Below, one piece after another: positions 15,453 through 16,411 of a DNA stretch of 16,411 nucleotides. The position numbers were made by a program, and so were the translations under genes. How positions within the stretch are numbered: position 1 is the stretch's first letter; each line of letters opens with the position of its first letter. The notes below the pieces were generated by a model. The model saw only the letters and a program-made list of their open reading frames with translations, did not search any database and was not told the DNA's origin. The stretch comes from Fidelibacterota bacterium (GTDB lineage Bacteria > Fidelibacterota > Marinisomatia > Marinisomatales > TCS56): assembly GCA_043822705.1 (NCBI GenBank), contig JBDRBK010000102.1, positions 1 to 16,411 on the forward strand. Direction: 5' to 3'.

Positions 15453-16411
15453 ATGAGAAAACAGAATTTCCGCAACATCGCCATCATCGCCCACGTCGAC
15501 CATGGCAAAACCACCCTGTTAGACGGCATGCTCCAGCAGAGCGGCACCTTCCATGCCCACCAGGAATTGACCGACCGGGTCATGGATTCCGGGGATCTGG
15601 AACGGGAGCGCGGCATCACCATCACCGCCAAGAATACTTCGGTCTGGTACCATGGTGTTAAAATCAATATCATGGACACACCGGGCCACGCCGACTTCGG
15701 CGGTGAGGTCGAGCGCGGCCTGAACCTGGTAGACGGCGCTTTATTACTGGTGGATGCCAGCGAAGGCCCTCTGCCCCAGACGCGCTTCGTGGTTAAAAAA
15801 GCATTAGCCAAAAATCTGCCGATCATTCTGGTAATCAACAAGATCGACCGCCCCGACGCCCGCATCGAAACAGTGGTCAGCGAAGTTTACGACCTGTTCA
15901 TCGATCTGGATGCCACCGACGAGCAGATCGAATTCCCGATCCTCTATACCAACGCCAAGACCGCCGTCGCCCACCGCCGGATCGGCGACGATTCCGGCGA
16001 CCTGCAGCCGCTGTTCGAGACCATCCTGGAACGGATTCCCGGACCCGTGGCCAGCGATGAACATGTACCACAATTTCTGGTGACCAACCTGGCCTATGAT
16101 TCCTATGTGGGGCAGGTGGCTGTCGGTCGGCTTAACAACGGCACCCTGGAAATGAATAAGCTTTACAGCCTCTGCGGTGCCGCCGGCATCACCCGGGGCA
16201 TTAAATTTTCCGCCCTGTACACTTTTGCCGGATTGCAGAGGCTTAAAGTGGAACGCCTGGAAGCGGGCGACATTATCGCCGTGGCCGGCGTCGAGAAGGT
16301 CCAGATCGGCGACACCATCTCCGACGGTGAGAATCCGCAACCGCTGCCCTGGATCAAAATCGACAAGCCGACGGTTTCGATGATTTATTACGTCAATAAC
16401 GGACCATTCGC
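15453..16411 (+). CDS. typA: Translational GTPase TypA/BipA, 5' part (runs off the window end)
   Basis: Not in the ORF track. MRKQNFRNIAIIAHVDHGKTTL, RVMDSGDLERERGITITAKNT, INIMDTPGHADFGGEVER, LLVDASEGPLPQTRFV and NKIDRPDAR. Confidence 0.97.
   Translation, partial: MRKQNFRNIAIIAHVDHGKTTLLDGMLQQSGTFHAHQELTDRVMDSGDLERERGITITAKNTSVWYHGVKINIMDTPGHADFGGEVERGLNLVDGALLLVDASEGPLPQTRFVVKKALAKNLPIILVINKIDRPDARIETVVSEVYDLFIDLDATDEQIEFPILYTNAKTAVAHRRIGDDSGDLQPLFETILERIPGPVASDEHVPQFLVTNLAYDSYVGQVAVGRLNNGTLEMNKLYSLCGAAGITRGIKFSALYTFAGLQRLKVERLEAGDIIAVAGVEKVQIGDTISDGENPQPLPWIKIDKPTVSMIYYVNNGPF

Noticed and set aside
15437..16383. Minus-strand and off-frame ORFs at the right end
   Set aside because: Shadows of typA, which the ORF track missed because it has no stop codon inside the window.
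1..16411. CRISPR arrays, tRNA/rRNA, IS elements, integrases, prophage or recognisable defence genes
   Set aside because: No spaced repeats, cloverleaf structures, transposase or integrase motifs or terminal repeats were seen by eye.

Overview
Bacterial chromosomal window, probably from a diderm organism (three predicted lipoproteins; an FCB-group affinity such as Marinimicrobia is a guess from gene order). No rRNA, tRNA, CRISPR array or mobile element was recognised. Left, minus strand: phoH, a ~360 bp gap with a strong hairpin, then thiolase, acyl-CoA dehydrogenase, Leu/Phe/Val dehydrogenase, nusB and the 5' end of secA. Middle, plus strand: a compact five-gene envelope cluster of TatT-like lipoprotein, YtfI/DUF2953-like protein, GerW/YtfJ, exported TPR protein and CsgG-like lipoprotein. 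Converging on it is an overlapping pair, an MTA/SAH-nucleosidase-like protein and a spore-photoproduct-lyase-like radical SAM enzyme. Right, plus strand: a 2-TM protein with a CxxC...HGICPEC tail, a transglutaminase-like/MpaA-like fusion lipoprotein, a GNAT, a yeast-Fcy1-like cytosine deaminase, L-serine dehydratase and the 5' part of typA/bipA. The best candidates for uncharacterised biology are the five-gene envelope cluster, the fusion lipoprotein, the SPL-like/nucleosidase pair with an altered H-donor cysteine, and the terminator-like hairpin in the thiolase leader. Family assignments come from motifs recognised by eye, not from database searches.
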